Part shown: one piece after another, positions 9,550 to 19,449 of the stretch
Layout: each line of letters begins with the position of its first letter
Position numbering within the stretch: position 1 is the first letter of the stretch
Assembly: GCA_964654695.1 (NCBI GenBank)
Contig: CAZZKJ010000004.1
Span: 30,043 to 94,042, forward strand
Length of the DNA: 64,000 bases
Direction: 5' to 3'
Source: an uncultured bacterium
GTDB taxonomy: Bacteria; Krumholzibacteriota; Krumholzibacteriia; WVZY01
Program-made: the position numbers and the translations under genes
Notes under the pieces: model-generated
What the model saw: only the letters and a program-made list of their open reading frames with translations
What the model was told of the DNA's origin: nothing
The model's database searches: none

Positions 9550-10902
9550 CTAATCTGTTATTATTCTTGGAGTTATAAATACTATCAAATCCACTTTCTC
9601 TTTTTTCGTATCCTTGTGCCTGAATAGATGACCCAGCAATGGAATATCCCCGAGTATGGGGACCTTGCTGTTGATTTCCCGGTCGACTTCCTTGATCAGG
9701 CCGCCGATCACCGCGGTTTCGTTGCTCTTTACAATTATTTGAGTGCGCGCGATCCGTGTTGAAGTTACAGGCCTTTCATTAAACTGGCCTATAAAATCAG
9801 TAATGCTGCTCGTTTCCGGTTCGATTTCCAGCGTGATCAAACTGTCTTCTCCGATATGAGGAGTGACCCACAAGCTGATACCCACATTCTGCTGATCGTA
9901 ACCGGTGATTTCCATGACGCCGGTTTCTTTTTGACGCTCATAAAGCGCTATGGGAACCTGGCTGCCGACCAGAATCTCAGCGGGTTTACTATCGAGGGTG
10001 GTAATACTCGGAGAGGACACCAGGTTCGTATTTCTTCTCGATGACAGCATTTGCAGAAGGGCCGAGAATTCCCCGGCCGAAACTTTTCCAAAAATGAAAT
10101 CCTCGGACTGAGCGTAGGGAAAGAACTCGCCCTCGGGAAACGGCGCTTTAATATAGAGCCTGGCGTCTCCCTGATCGGGGGAAGGGGAGTATCTGGTTTC
10201 ATCAGACGTTCCCTTTGGAAAAGGAAACGTCGTGGGGGCGACGGCACCGGTAATAGACGCTGCCATACTCCAGTTGATCCCCAGTTTTTCATCGTCTCCC
10301 AAAGCCGTCTCGACGATCTTGGCTTCGATGTGAACCTGTTTAGGCCTGATATCGAGTTGCTTCACTATGCTTATTATCTCATCGATCGATCCGCGGCCGG
10401 CGGTGATCAAAAGCTTGCTGCAAAATCCGGAACCGGAAACATTCTCGGTAGTGTTTTCTTCCAGAGCTTTGAATGTTCCTGATAAAGAAGCCGCGCTGCT
10501 CAATAAAGCCGCTATCTTTCTTGCATCGGTATAATTAAGTCTGATAACCCTGGCGGCCAGCCGCTTGGAATTGACGATCACGGTTTTGCCGTCCCTGTCA
10601 TAATCGTACCCGGCCGAATCGAGGAGAAGTTCCAGCGCTTTCTCGAAAGGAACATCGATAAGGTTTGCGGTTACCGTGCCTTCGATTTCCTGCCCCATAA
10701 TTATGCTTATTCCGCTTTGCCTGGCAAGCATACGCAGCGCATCCTGAAGCTCGGCGTTCTTGAACTCGATTGTTACATTCGGCTCCGGCCTGACTGCAGC
10801 CCGTAAACCCGGGCCCGGGATACCCGACATCAAGGCGGCCAGGAAAACGGTCAGAAGAATTCTTTCGCTACTCCATGATGATATTAAATGTCGAGCTGTC
10901 AT
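9550..10902 (-). CDS. gspD: Secretin (GspD / PilQ family)
   Basis: C-terminal secretin signature ...VIGGLIKEVDREINSKVPILGDIPLLGHLFRHKDTKKEKVDLIVFITPRII; N-terminal signal peptide and N-domains. Confidence 0.85.
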   Translation of the reverse strand: MTARHLISSWSSERILLTVFLAALMSGIPGPGLRAAVRPEPNVTIEFKNAELQDALRMLARQSGISIIMGQEIEGTVTANLIDVPFEKALELLLDSAGYDYDRDGKTVIVNSKRLAARVIRLNYTDARKIAALLSSAASLSGTFKALEENTTENVSGSGFCSKLLITAGRGSIDEIISIVKQLDIRPKQVHIEAKIVETALGDDEKLGINWSMAASITGAVAPTTFPFPKGTSDETRYSPSPDQGDARLYIKAPFPEGEFFPYAQSEDFIFGKVSAGEFSALLQMLSSRRNTNLVSSPSITTLDSKPAEILVGSQVPIALYERQKETGVMEITGYDQQNVGISLWVTPHIGEDSLITLEIEPETSSITDFIGQFNERPVTSTRIARTQIIVKSNETAVIGGLIKEVDREINSKVPILGDIPLLGHLFRHKDTKKEKVDLIVFITPRIITD

Positions 10903-11371
10903 ATATTCTCCTCAGTCTGACTCTATCCTTTTCGATACGTTCAACAAGCAATCCGTTCAAGGTGTCGCCTTCGGCGCATATAGTACCGTTTATCAGGGCC
11001 CAACCGCAGCCGGCCGTTATCATGATCCCGTGAAGTTTCACATTGCCGTCTTCGCTTACAACGTCCGAACCATCGCTTCCGGAACTCTCCTCTTCCGTTT
11101 CCCGCGTAAATATTCGGTTGAACGGATCCATACCCCAAACCGATATTGCTTCACCCGCAATCGTTTTTTTCGTTCTGCGGGACATTCCGGTTTGAAGCAT
11201 CGGCATAGTTTGACCTGCTGTTTCACCGGAGCTTCTTAGTTTTTTATTGGCGTTTTTCATCCTTTTCGTTTTGGAATCCAATGATACCGTGAAATAAACC
11301 GACATCATGAGTATCAAGACCAAACCTATTTCTCTTTTTTTCAGCTTTCTAATTGTCATCTTGCAGCGCAT
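10868..11371 (-). CDS. PilP / GspC-like periplasmic pilot protein
   Basis: C-terminal beta-domain pattern LHGIMITAGCGWALINGTICAEGDTLNGLLVERIEKDRVRL, as in PilP. Confidence 0.45.
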   Translation of the reverse strand: MRCKMTIRKLKKREIGLVLILMMSVYFTVSLDSKTKRMKNANKKLRSSGETAGQTMPMLQTGMSRRTKKTIAGEAISVWGMDPFNRIFTRETEEESSGSDGSDVVSEDGNVKLHGIMITAGCGWALINGTICAEGDTLNGLLVERIEKDRVRLRRIYDSSTFNIIME

Positions 11372-11906
11372 AGGTTTCGATCAGGAATTCGGCATCCAAA
11401 AGCCTCGATCCGGGATCACGTTTGACTATTTTCAGGCCGCGGACGGCTATGAGAATCGGTATGTTTTCGAGCGATTCAAAATACTCCCCGAAGCTCCTGT
11501 AACCGGCCTGCGCCCTTACATTTATACTCAACTTCCTGCTTCTGACGCTTATGCCGCCGTCGCCAGTAATGGGCGCATCTTCCATTTTGTCCGGCTTCAT
11601 AGAGACTATTTTCACGTCATGCGTTCTGCCTTTTTCAGCCAGAACACTTAGAAGTTTCGGCAGAATCTCATCCTCATCTCCAATCACGAAATCCTGGTGC
11701 GATTCTTGGATATCGGCCATTTCTTCGAACTCTTTCATCGCTTGCATACGTTTGTTGATGCTGTTTTGCATAATTGCGATTTTGCCCCGCTTTTTGCTCA
11801 AACTTCTCTCTCGCGGCAAAACCGATACAAGCGAAAAAATCAATACGGCCGCCAGCACTGCTCCTGGTCGCGTGTATCCGGATTTGACTATACCTTTCAG
11901 GTTCAT
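11349..11906 (-). CDS. PilO / GspM-like bitopic inner-membrane assembly protein
   Basis: Single N-terminal TM, coiled-coil, C-terminal ferredoxin-like region; position between GspL-like and PilP-like genes. Confidence 0.45.
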   Translation of the reverse strand: MNLKGIVKSGYTRPGAVLAAVLIFSLVSVLPRERSLSKKRGKIAIMQNSINKRMQAMKEFEEMADIQESHQDFVIGDEDEILPKLLSVLAEKGRTHDVKIVSMKPDKMEDAPITGDGGISVRSRKLSINVRAQAGYRSFGEYFESLENIPILIAVRGLKIVKRDPGSRLLDAEFLIETYALQDDN

Positions 11907-11913
11907 ATAATCC

Positions 11914-13632
11914 TCACGATACGAGCCTGCAGTTGAAATCTATTTTCGCCACTCCACCTCTGAGCGCCTGCACGCTTTCCAACCTGATATCGTCCAGGAA
12001 AGGCGATTCAGCCAGGCCGGTAAGCATTTGCGACACCGCTGTCTCGACCCTGCGTGCCTGCATGGACACCAGTCCGTGAAAATACAACCGGTAATCGGCG
12101 GTTTCCGCGCCCTCGGGCTTTACTGAGACAAGATTGATTTCGTCGAGTTCGATATCGTAAGCAAGTCTGTTGCTTAAATCCTTGAGGACTTGTCCCCAGG
12201 GAATTTCGGGACCCACCAGGTTCAGCAGCATTTCACGTTTGAACTTGCGCGTGCGAACCATTTTGTTCTCATCTTTGTGGCTTTGCTCGAAAGTATCCAG
12301 ATTGGAAATGGCATTATTGCATTCATTAATGAGCAGATCGGTCTTTTTTTCCTGCATCCCGCCCAAAATATGAAGACTTATTACCGCGACCAGGCCCATC
12401 ACGGCCGCTGCATTCAAAACCGTTCTGACATGTTTATGAGACCCGGGCAGAACGAATGCAGGCGTCAATAGACCGGCGGAGCCGCAGGCCGCAATAGCGC
12501 ATCCCACAGCGGTGCCGAAAGCCGCTCTGAGAAACACACCCTCGCCCATTCCCGCAGAAGCGCCTCCACTGTCCTCAGGCGAAAGATAAGATGCATCAAT
12601 ACGAAGCCTCGCGCTTATATACTCTTTGAAGTTATTGATCTCCACGCCTCTTCCGCAAAGAAAGAGTCTTTGCGGCGGCGGCAAGCCGAACTGTTCCTGG
12701 CAGAAATCGATGGACCTCTGGATCTCAACCAGCATTTTTTCAAGAACGGGTCTCAACATTACGGCAATTTTATCGAATGGAATGCCGTCTCGTGTTTCAC
12801 CCTCGCTGTTCGATTCATCGATTATTCCATTCAGTCTTATCATCTCTTCGATCCTGTCATCTTCGAGCTGCACGGTTTTATCACCGGCAACCACGATCGT
12901 TCGCAATGCATCTTTTATAGAATCGCGCCCGACGGGAATATCCCTTGTAAACCGGAGCTTGTCCTCTTCGAAAAGCGTAAAACTCATTTCAGAACCGGAC
13001 ATGTCAAGAGCTGCGACGATCCGCGCTTCATCTTCGCCCTTTGTCCGGCGGATAATGTTGCCCAGGGCAACCGGGGGCAAAGTCAAACCAACCAGATCCA
13101 GACCGGAATTCCGAACCAAATCAACAGTCTGCTCTAAATCCAATTTATCGGCGACAACTGCAAGGTAGCTCACATACTTCGCACCTTCCTGATCGAATGA
13201 TTCAACCTTGATTTTATCTATATATGCCCGGCCGGCCGGAATGTTTGAAAACTTCTTTGCTTCGAACTCAAGGGCCCTGCGCAGTTCCTTCCCGGGCATT
13301 TTGGGCAATATGACAAGCCTGGTATCAACATTCTCAAAAGGAATAAGAGAAACCGTCTTAACACCTTCGAGATTGTATTTACATACAATCGCATCGAGCG
13401 AACTTTGCATCCTGTCGAGCGCCTTGCCGGGCTTTGACGGATCATCCGGCTTCAAAACTTCGGAATGGCAGATCTCAAGATTAATGCGATTCCTGGATCT
13501 CTCCATAACCGCCAATTTGATTTCGGACATACTGATATCAAGCCCGACAAGACGCTCCGGTTTCATCCTGCTCCGGATGATCCGCTGCAGTCGGGAGTTC
13601 AGACCGGCAGGATGCTTCAAAAGACCATTCAT
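11914..13632 (-). CDS. Fused PilM (actin-like ATPase fold) - PilN protein, functionally GspL-like
   Basis: N-terminus LVGLDISMSEIKLAVME (PilM motif); central TM (VLNAAAVMGLVAVISLHILGG) followed by a PilN-like periplasmic domain. Confidence 0.65.
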   Translation of the reverse strand: MNGLLKHPAGLNSRLQRIIRSRMKPERLVGLDISMSEIKLAVMERSRNRINLEICHSEVLKPDDPSKPGKALDRMQSSLDAIVCKYNLEGVKTVSLIPFENVDTRLVILPKMPGKELRRALEFEAKKFSNIPAGRAYIDKIKVESFDQEGAKYVSYLAVVADKLDLEQTVDLVRNSGLDLVGLTLPPVALGNIIRRTKGEDEARIVAALDMSGSEMSFTLFEEDKLRFTRDIPVGRDSIKDALRTIVVAGDKTVQLEDDRIEEMIRLNGIIDESNSEGETRDGIPFDKIAVMLRPVLEKMLVEIQRSIDFCQEQFGLPPPQRLFLCGRGVEINNFKEYISARLRIDASYLSPEDSGGASAGMGEGVFLRAAFGTAVGCAIAACGSAGLLTPAFVLPGSHKHVRTVLNAAAVMGLVAVISLHILGGMQEKKTDLLINECNNAISNLDTFEQSHKDENKMVRTRKFKREMLLNLVGPEIPWGQVLKDLSNRLAYDIELDEINLVSVKPEGAETADYRLYFHGLVSMQARRVETAVSQMLTGLAESPFLDDIRLESVQALRGGVAKIDFNCRLVS

Positions 13633-14123
13633 TGTACTATTGCCTCTATTTCTCTTTCGGCAGTTCCTATCCTTGCCTTAACGTTAATTCTCTTTTGCCC
13701 GGATGACAGAGGGACGCCTTCAGCGCTCGAATCGGATAAAAAAACGGTAAAATATCCCGGCCCGATAGTCCTGCCGGAACCAGGCAATCCCGTCCAGGAC
13801 GGGTTCGAAGCAAGCTTGGACAGCGAAAAATCCAATCCTGCTTCGCAGAGATAGAGACATTTGACGATCTCGATATGATTCCGGGCAACATCGAGATCTT
13901 CAGAAACGGTAATAGACACCATGAGTCCAACTGCGGACAAAACCAGAAGCGCCATCAGGGCCACAACGAGGGCGGAGCCCCGGCGGTTCTTGATGGCGTT
14001 GCACCTCCCGCTGGAGCTGGAGCGCCCGGCGGAACAAACACGATCACACGGCATCCGGTGGTGAATTACGCCCGGGGGATTATTTATCCGTTTTATTTTC
14101 TGTTTATACGCCGTCATATTCAT
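13629..14123 (-). CDS. GspK-like minor pseudopilin; start codon uncertain
   Basis: RRGSALVVALMALLVLSAVGLMV resembles the GspK 'RGVALI' N-terminus, which lacks the G|F cleavage motif. Shorter than canonical GspK. Confidence 0.4.
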   Translation of the reverse strand: MNMTAYKQKIKRINNPPGVIHHRMPCDRVCSAGRSSSSGRCNAIKNRRGSALVVALMALLVLSAVGLMVSITVSEDLDVARNHIEIVKCLYLCEAGLDFSLSKLASNPSWTGLPGSGRTIGPGYFTVFLSDSSAEGVPLSSGQKRINVKARIGTAEREIEAIVQ

Positions 14124-14665
14124 ATATTCCGCAGATAGGTGCCCGTTTGCAGCGCTACCGTTATACCGCCATTGACGAGCCGTAAAAATATGGTGATTCT
14201 GAAAATATCAGTAGCGCCGGGACTAACGATGGGAACGGCCAAATTGCCGTCGGACTGGTAATAACCGAAAGCCATGGAATCGACTCCGCTGGCCAGAGTC
14301 TGAATGACTGCTCCGCGTCGAAAAGTGACATCCCCCCCTGAAATTCCGGAAAATTCTATCGTGTACAGGCTGTCATTAACTCCATAGAAAGAAAAAGTGT
14401 CGATATCCGCACCGACAACATCGCTGGAAGATCGGACTTGCCGAGTCTCGCGCACGATTCTAAGAAGCGCCATCCGGCCCTCCTGTGTCAATTCCCTGCG
14501 CGCATCAACAGTGTCGAACATATGGTTGCCTTCACTGAACACGGCGGCAAATATTCCTGATATGAGACCCAGGATCAAAACCACCAAAACCAGTTCCACC
14601 AGCGTAAAACCGGCCGAATGGTCACAATTACTCATATCTTGTTCGTTTTTCATTGGGCCACCCAT
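14120..14665 (-). CDS. Minor pseudopilin (GspJ-like)
   Basis: Prepilin motif SAG|FTLVELVLVVLILGLISGIF. Confidence 0.65.
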   Translation of the reverse strand: MGGPMKNEQDMSNCDHSAGFTLVELVLVVLILGLISGIFAAVFSEGNHMFDTVDARRELTQEGRMALLRIVRETRQVRSSSDVVGADIDTFSFYGVNDSLYTIEFSGISGGDVTFRRGAVIQTLASGVDSMAFGYYQSDGNLAVPIVSPGATDIFRITIFLRLVNGGITVALQTGTYLRNI

Positions 14666-15063
14666 GTCGACAGCACGACATCATCGATCGCACTGTTAGA
14701 AACCGTAACATCCACCAGCTTGAAATTAACCCCTTGATACAGAGACTCGGCCGCAACCGTGACGGAAATACTGAAACCTGAAAACTCCGGCGGATTGCTG
14801 ATGTCGGGATAATTTGAATTTATTATGTAGTCGTACCCTCTTCCCTGCGCGGCGGCATCCGCAATGATTGTTTCCATTTTTTCCTGCGCCAGAAAAACCG
14901 CTTCGGTGGCTATTACCGGTTTAACGGAATTATAAGCCGCGTTCGAGAACATCGACATCAAGGGCGCAATAGCCACCGTGGCAATCATGACAACGAGAAT
15001 GAGCTCAAGCAGCGTAAAACCCTCATCCCCGAATCCAGTACGCTTTTCATTTGATTCGATCAA
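14650..15063 (-). CDS. Minor pseudopilin (GspI-like)
   Basis: DEG|FTLLELILVVMIATVAI prepilin motif; 137 aa. Confidence 0.65.
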   Translation of the reverse strand: MIESNEKRTGFGDEGFTLLELILVVMIATVAIAPLMSMFSNAAYNSVKPVIATEAVFLAQEKMETIIADAAAQGRGYDYIINSNYPDISNPPEFSGFSISVTVAAESLYQGVNFKLVDVTVSNSAIDDVVLSTWVAQ

Positions 15064-15563
15064 AACTCCACTTTCCCGGTCAGAGGATATATTTTCAACG
15101 TGTCTACATTGCCGCTGCAGCTCAGCACCACAAACCCCATCGCCGACAATTCCGATCCCGATGAACCGCGGGGAATTCCGAGGGCATCGAATTCCACCGA
15201 AACTCCACTATCAAATTCAGCGCTTTCGATATCCATCCCTTCCAGAGTCCTTCGCATCGGACGGCCGGGTTTAAGCAAATCATCAGCGGGGGTCGATACA
15301 TTTCCCCTGTATACCGTGTAGCTTTCAGCACCCGGATTAAAATACACTCCATACCTCACGCGCTCCGCAATGGCTCGGGATTGTGCAAATTTGATATCCG
15401 CTGCAAGCGTTTTGGCCGCGCTCCTGAGATCGATGGCGTAGTAATCGTTGAATTTTGGAATTGCGACCAGCGAAATCACCCCTATGATTGCGATTACCAT
15501 CACCATTTCCATCAAAGTGAATCCATTTTTACTTGAGCCCATATCACGCTCCGGTAACAACAT
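15060..15563 (-). CDS. Minor pseudopilin (GspH-like)
   Basis: KNG|FTLMEMVMVIAIIGVISLVAIP prepilin motif; 167 aa. Confidence 0.65.
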   Translation of the reverse strand: MLLPERDMGSSKNGFTLMEMVMVIAIIGVISLVAIPKFNDYYAIDLRSAAKTLAADIKFAQSRAIAERVRYGVYFNPGAESYTVYRGNVSTPADDLLKPGRPMRRTLEGMDIESAEFDSGVSVEFDALGIPRGSSGSELSAMGFVVLSCSGNVDTLKIYPLTGKVEF

Positions 15564-16767
15564 GCATCAAGTTCCACATCGGCAAGAAGACCGCCAGGGC
15601 GATAAATAGTACACTCACACCGAGTATGACGAGAAGGATAGGCTCCAAAACCGTTGTTAGATTTTTTATTTTGTAATCCAATTGCCGGTCGTAGAAATCG
15701 GATATTTTATTCAACATGATGCTGAGATCCCCTGTCTGTTCTCCGACTTCCAGCATTTTTACTACCGGCGGGGGAAATACTCCTCCGGAACGAATGGGGT
15801 CCGTCAATCCCAGCCCTTTTTTGATGCCGTCCTGCATCTTCCGAATTTCTTCGCTTATTATCACGTTTTCTATTGTCTGCAGGACCAGGTCGAGCGCGCG
15901 CACGATCGGAAGACCGCTTTCGAGAAGCGCGCCCAGAACGCGAGAGAAACGCGACATCAGTGTTTTAACGATTAGCTCGCCGAAAATGGGAATATTAAGC
16001 ATGGCATTATCGAACATTTTTCTGCCCCGGTACGTTCGCCGGAAGGCGCGCAGAGCGAAAAAACCCAAAATTGAACCTATGAGCATATGGGGCCAATAAC
16101 CGCTGAAAAAATCGCTTAACTTGAGCATCACTACGGTGGGAAGCGGAAGCGCAGCGTCGCGCGACGAGAAAAGAGCCTTGAACCTGGGAAACACGAACTT
16201 GATTATGACAATGAACGCCATCAGCAACTCTCCGATCACGAGGGATGGATAGAAAGTCGCCGATCTAATTCTCGACTGGGTTTCCGCTTCGTATTCCAGC
16301 AGGTAACCCATCCTGTCCAGCATTTCATCGAGCACGCCGCCTTCCTCGCCGGCATTCAGAAGATTTACATATAGATTTGAAAAAAGATTAGGGTGTTTTT
16401 GTATCGCCTGGGCGAGCGTGCTCCCGCCTTCTATATCCTTCACCACCTGCTCGAGTACGCTTTTTACGGTTTCATTCTCGGCTTGATCCGCCAAAGCCCT
16501 TAAGCTGCCCGTCAGCGATATACCGGCGTTGAGCAGCGACTGTAGCTGGCGGGTGAACAGAATTTTGTCGTCATGCTTGATCTTTTTCTTGTTTCGCTTC
16601 CGCAGAATATCCATCCATTTGGGCGCATTCCTGGTTTCATTCAGCGAAACGGGGTAGAGCCCCTGCTTTTCCAATGTTTTCAGGGTTTCGGGTTCATCGA
16701 CCGAAATGATTTCTCCGCTAACCAGCTTTCCCTCGCGCGTACGGGCTTTGTAGGTATATGCAGGCAA
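15544..16767 (-). CDS. gspF: Type II secretion / T4P inner-membrane platform protein (GspF/PilC)
   Basis: 407 aa, duplicated GspF domain, 3 TM; characteristic repeats such as LLNAGISL and LLESGLPIVRALD. Confidence 0.85.
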   Translation of the reverse strand: MPAYTYKARTREGKLVSGEIISVDEPETLKTLEKQGLYPVSLNETRNAPKWMDILRKRNKKKIKHDDKILFTRQLQSLLNAGISLTGSLRALADQAENETVKSVLEQVVKDIEGGSTLAQAIQKHPNLFSNLYVNLLNAGEEGGVLDEMLDRMGYLLEYEAETQSRIRSATFYPSLVIGELLMAFIVIIKFVFPRFKALFSSRDAALPLPTVVMLKLSDFFSGYWPHMLIGSILGFFALRAFRRTYRGRKMFDNAMLNIPIFGELIVKTLMSRFSRVLGALLESGLPIVRALDLVLQTIENVIISEEIRKMQDGIKKGLGLTDPIRSGGVFPPPVVKMLEVGEQTGDLSIMLNKISDFYDRQLDYKIKNLTTVLEPILLVILGVSVLFIALAVFLPMWNLMHVVTGA

Positions 16768-16791
16768 GGCTTCACTCCCATTCGATGATTT

Positions 16792-18507
16792 TTAGCCGGG
16801 GGTTTTCGCAAATAAATCGTCGCTTTGGATTTCGTTCTTATCGCTAAATTCGGGTTTCGTGACCCGGATCACTTCTTCCAACGTTGTCACTCCGTCCAGG
16901 GCCTTGGCAAAAGCATCTTCGCGGAGCGAACGCATTCCGTTTTCTTTCGCCAGTTTTTTTATGTGTTCGAATGAAGCACAGTCGAGCACGGCCTTTTTTA
17001 TCTCTTCGTTGACTTCCAGTATTTCAAAGACCGCCGCCCTGCCCTTGTAACCCACGTTTTCACACTGCAGGCAGCCCTTGCCGTGGAATATTTGCTGGTC
17101 TCCGTTCAGGTTTATGTTCATCGATTTAAGAGTTTTTGCAGGCAGATTGTAAGGTTCTTTGCAGCGAGGGCATATCTTTCGCACCAGGCGCTGGGCCATG
17201 ACCCCGACTAGAGAAGATGTAATAAGAAACGGTTCGACGCCCATGTCCAAGAGCCTGGCGATTGCGCCCACGGCATCGTTGGTATGGAGAGTGGAGAATA
17301 CAAGATGGCCCGTCAGGGCGGACCGGATCGCGATCTCCGCGCTCTTGCGGTCCCTGATTTCTCCGACCATGATTACATCCGGGTCCTGGCGCACGAGCGA
17401 ACGCAGCCCCTTGGCGAATGTCAGGCCTATCTCCTCGTTGACCTGGGTCTGCCTTATATAAGGAAGCATGTATTCAACGGGATCTTCCAGCGTTGCTATA
17501 TCCCGATCCAGCGTATTGATCTCCTGCAGGGCCGCATAGAGGGTTGAAGTCTTGCCGCTCCCCGTCGGGCCCGTAACCAGCACCATTCCGTTTGGCTTGA
17601 GAATCATGGATCGGAGCAAATCCGAATCCCTGGGACTCAGCCCCAGATCGCTGAGACTCAAAGTAGAGTTCTTTTTGTCCAGCACCCTGATTACCACATT
17701 CTCGCCGTGCACGGTTGGAAAAGTAGATATCCTGAGGTCCAACAGGGCGTCTTCTAAATCCATACGACACCGGCCGTCCTGGGGAAGTCTTTTTTCCGCT
17801 ATATCCAGATCGGAAAGCACTTTGATTCGAGAAACCACTGCAGGATGAATGGCTTTCGGCTGCACTGAAACTTCCTTGAGTATTCCATCTACACGGAATC
17901 GAATCCTCATATCATCGCTGTCCGGTTCAATGTGTATATCGCTTGCCTTTTCTTCGGCGGCTTGAGTAATTATGCTATCGACGAATTTGATAATCTTATT
18001 CTCGGTTGCGCCGTCGCTTAGAGCATCCTTTTTAATCCGGGCATCAAACTGTTCCAACGCTCCCGTGCCCCCATAGAACTGCTTGAGCGCCAGGCTGACA
18101 TCATCCTTTGAGCAAACGCAGGGATCGATATCCATGCCGGTGACGGCTCCGAGTTCATCAACGGCAATCACGTTCAGGGGATCTTCCATGGCAACCGTGA
18201 GGGTGTCGCGTATAAGAAAAAGTGGAATCACCCTGTATCTGCGCGCCAGCTTTTCAGGCACAAGTTTTATGATGGCTGCATCCATGGAATAATCGGACAG
18301 GCTGACTTTGGGTATGCTGAGTTCATCTTCGAAGAACGCGAGGATATCAGATTCTTTTACCATTCCAAGCTTTTGAAAAACCTCGCGAAGATAAAGGCCG
18401 GTTTTGCGTTGTTCCTCAAGTGCGGAACGGAGCTGATCCTGCGTTATCAAACCTTTTTCAACCAGGTATTGGCCCATCGGCTTCTTGCCTTTTCTTACCA
18501 GAGGCAT
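16792..18507 (-). CDS. gspE: Type II secretion ATPase (GspE/PilB family) with N-terminal GSPII_E_N domain
   Basis: Walker A GPTGSGKTSTLYA, Asp/His boxes, tetra-Cys zinc motif CPRC...C..C. Confidence 0.9.
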   Translation of the reverse strand: MPLVRKGKKPMGQYLVEKGLITQDQLRSALEEQRKTGLYLREVFQKLGMVKESDILAFFEDELSIPKVSLSDYSMDAAIIKLVPEKLARRYRVIPLFLIRDTLTVAMEDPLNVIAVDELGAVTGMDIDPCVCSKDDVSLALKQFYGGTGALEQFDARIKKDALSDGATENKIIKFVDSIITQAAEEKASDIHIEPDSDDMRIRFRVDGILKEVSVQPKAIHPAVVSRIKVLSDLDIAEKRLPQDGRCRMDLEDALLDLRISTFPTVHGENVVIRVLDKKNSTLSLSDLGLSPRDSDLLRSMILKPNGMVLVTGPTGSGKTSTLYAALQEINTLDRDIATLEDPVEYMLPYIRQTQVNEEIGLTFAKGLRSLVRQDPDVIMVGEIRDRKSAEIAIRSALTGHLVFSTLHTNDAVGAIARLLDMGVEPFLITSSLVGVMAQRLVRKICPRCKEPYNLPAKTLKSMNINLNGDQQIFHGKGCLQCENVGYKGRAAVFEILEVNEEIKKAVLDCASFEHIKKLAKENGMRSLREDAFAKALDGVTTLEEVIRVTKPEFSDKNEIQSDDLFAKTPG

Positions 18508-18865
18508 TTTCCCACCTTCCTTACAAAACTTTTCCCGGTAGCGCTATCGAGTATTTTCGAAGCAGTCAATACCCCGGAAATGATTTCGCAGCGCCGGGAA
18601 TTCCTAATACCGGGCGCAGCTGGCACGGCATGGAAATGTGGCTCATGAATATAGTAACTCTCATAAAATATCGTTCTTTCCGCATAGGATCTTTAGGAGA
18701 TTCTTTTAACGTTTCCTGCCGAATCGCCCTCCCCGCCGGAAACGAATCACAATTAGCAAGTTGAAAATTTTTCCTACATGCAATACTCTTGCTGGAACGC
18801 GGCCCTCCCGGACGGCCCGGGCCGCATATTCGACAAGCATGTATCGCTAAAAGGAACAACGGGTT

Positions 18866-19429
18866 ATGTTGGAAATGCGTTTGCACGGACGCGGGGGCCA
18901 GGGTGTGGTTTTGGCTTCAAAAATGCTTGCTGCGGCATTCTATGCCGATGGGTATAAATGCCAGGCATTCGCATCCTACGGAGGCGAGCGCCGGGGAGCG
19001 CTGGTTACATCGTTTCTCCGCGTTGACAGAGCCCGCATAAGAGCGCGCTATCTTATATATGAGCCCGACATTGTAGTCCTTCTCGATCCCTCTCTTGTTA
19101 ATAACATGGAGACTATAAAAGGATGCGGCGAAGGGTCATTTTTATTGGCAAATACCAGGACCAGCGGCAAAGAATTTGATTATCCCGTACATCTCCGTTT
19201 CGCCTCCGTAGATGCTTCCGGGATTGCGGTCAATAACGGCCTGGGAAGCCCGACTACCCCTCTTGTCAATACCGCCGTGCTCGGAGCCTTCGCCAAGATC
19301 AGCGCCGAAACGCGGGCCGCCGTTTCTTTTTCAGGCGTAGAGGAAGCAATTCGAAAATACGTGCCGTCCGACGTGGGAAAAAACATTAAAGCTGCAAAAG
19401 AAGCCTTCGATGCGGTTGACTTTCAATAA
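18866..19429 (+). CDS. 2-oxoacid:ferredoxin oxidoreductase gamma subunit
   Basis: HGRGGQGVV motif; 187 aa. Confidence 0.8.
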   Translation: MLEMRLHGRGGQGVVLASKMLAAAFYADGYKCQAFASYGGERRGALVTSFLRVDRARIRARYLIYEPDIVVLLDPSLVNNMETIKGCGEGSFLLANTRTSGKEFDYPVHLRFASVDASGIAVNNGLGSPTTPLVNTAVLGAFAKISAETRAAVSFSGVEEAIRKYVPSDVGKNIKAAKEAFDAVDFQ

Positions 19430-19449
19430 ATGAAACGAACCGGTTAAAA

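Noticed and set aside
18508-18865. Sigma-54 promoter (TGGCAC at ~18613) in the gspE/por divergent region
   Set aside because: The -12 region after TGGCAC-N5 reads GGAAA rather than TTGC, and it is 240 nt from the downstream start; the match is not convincing.
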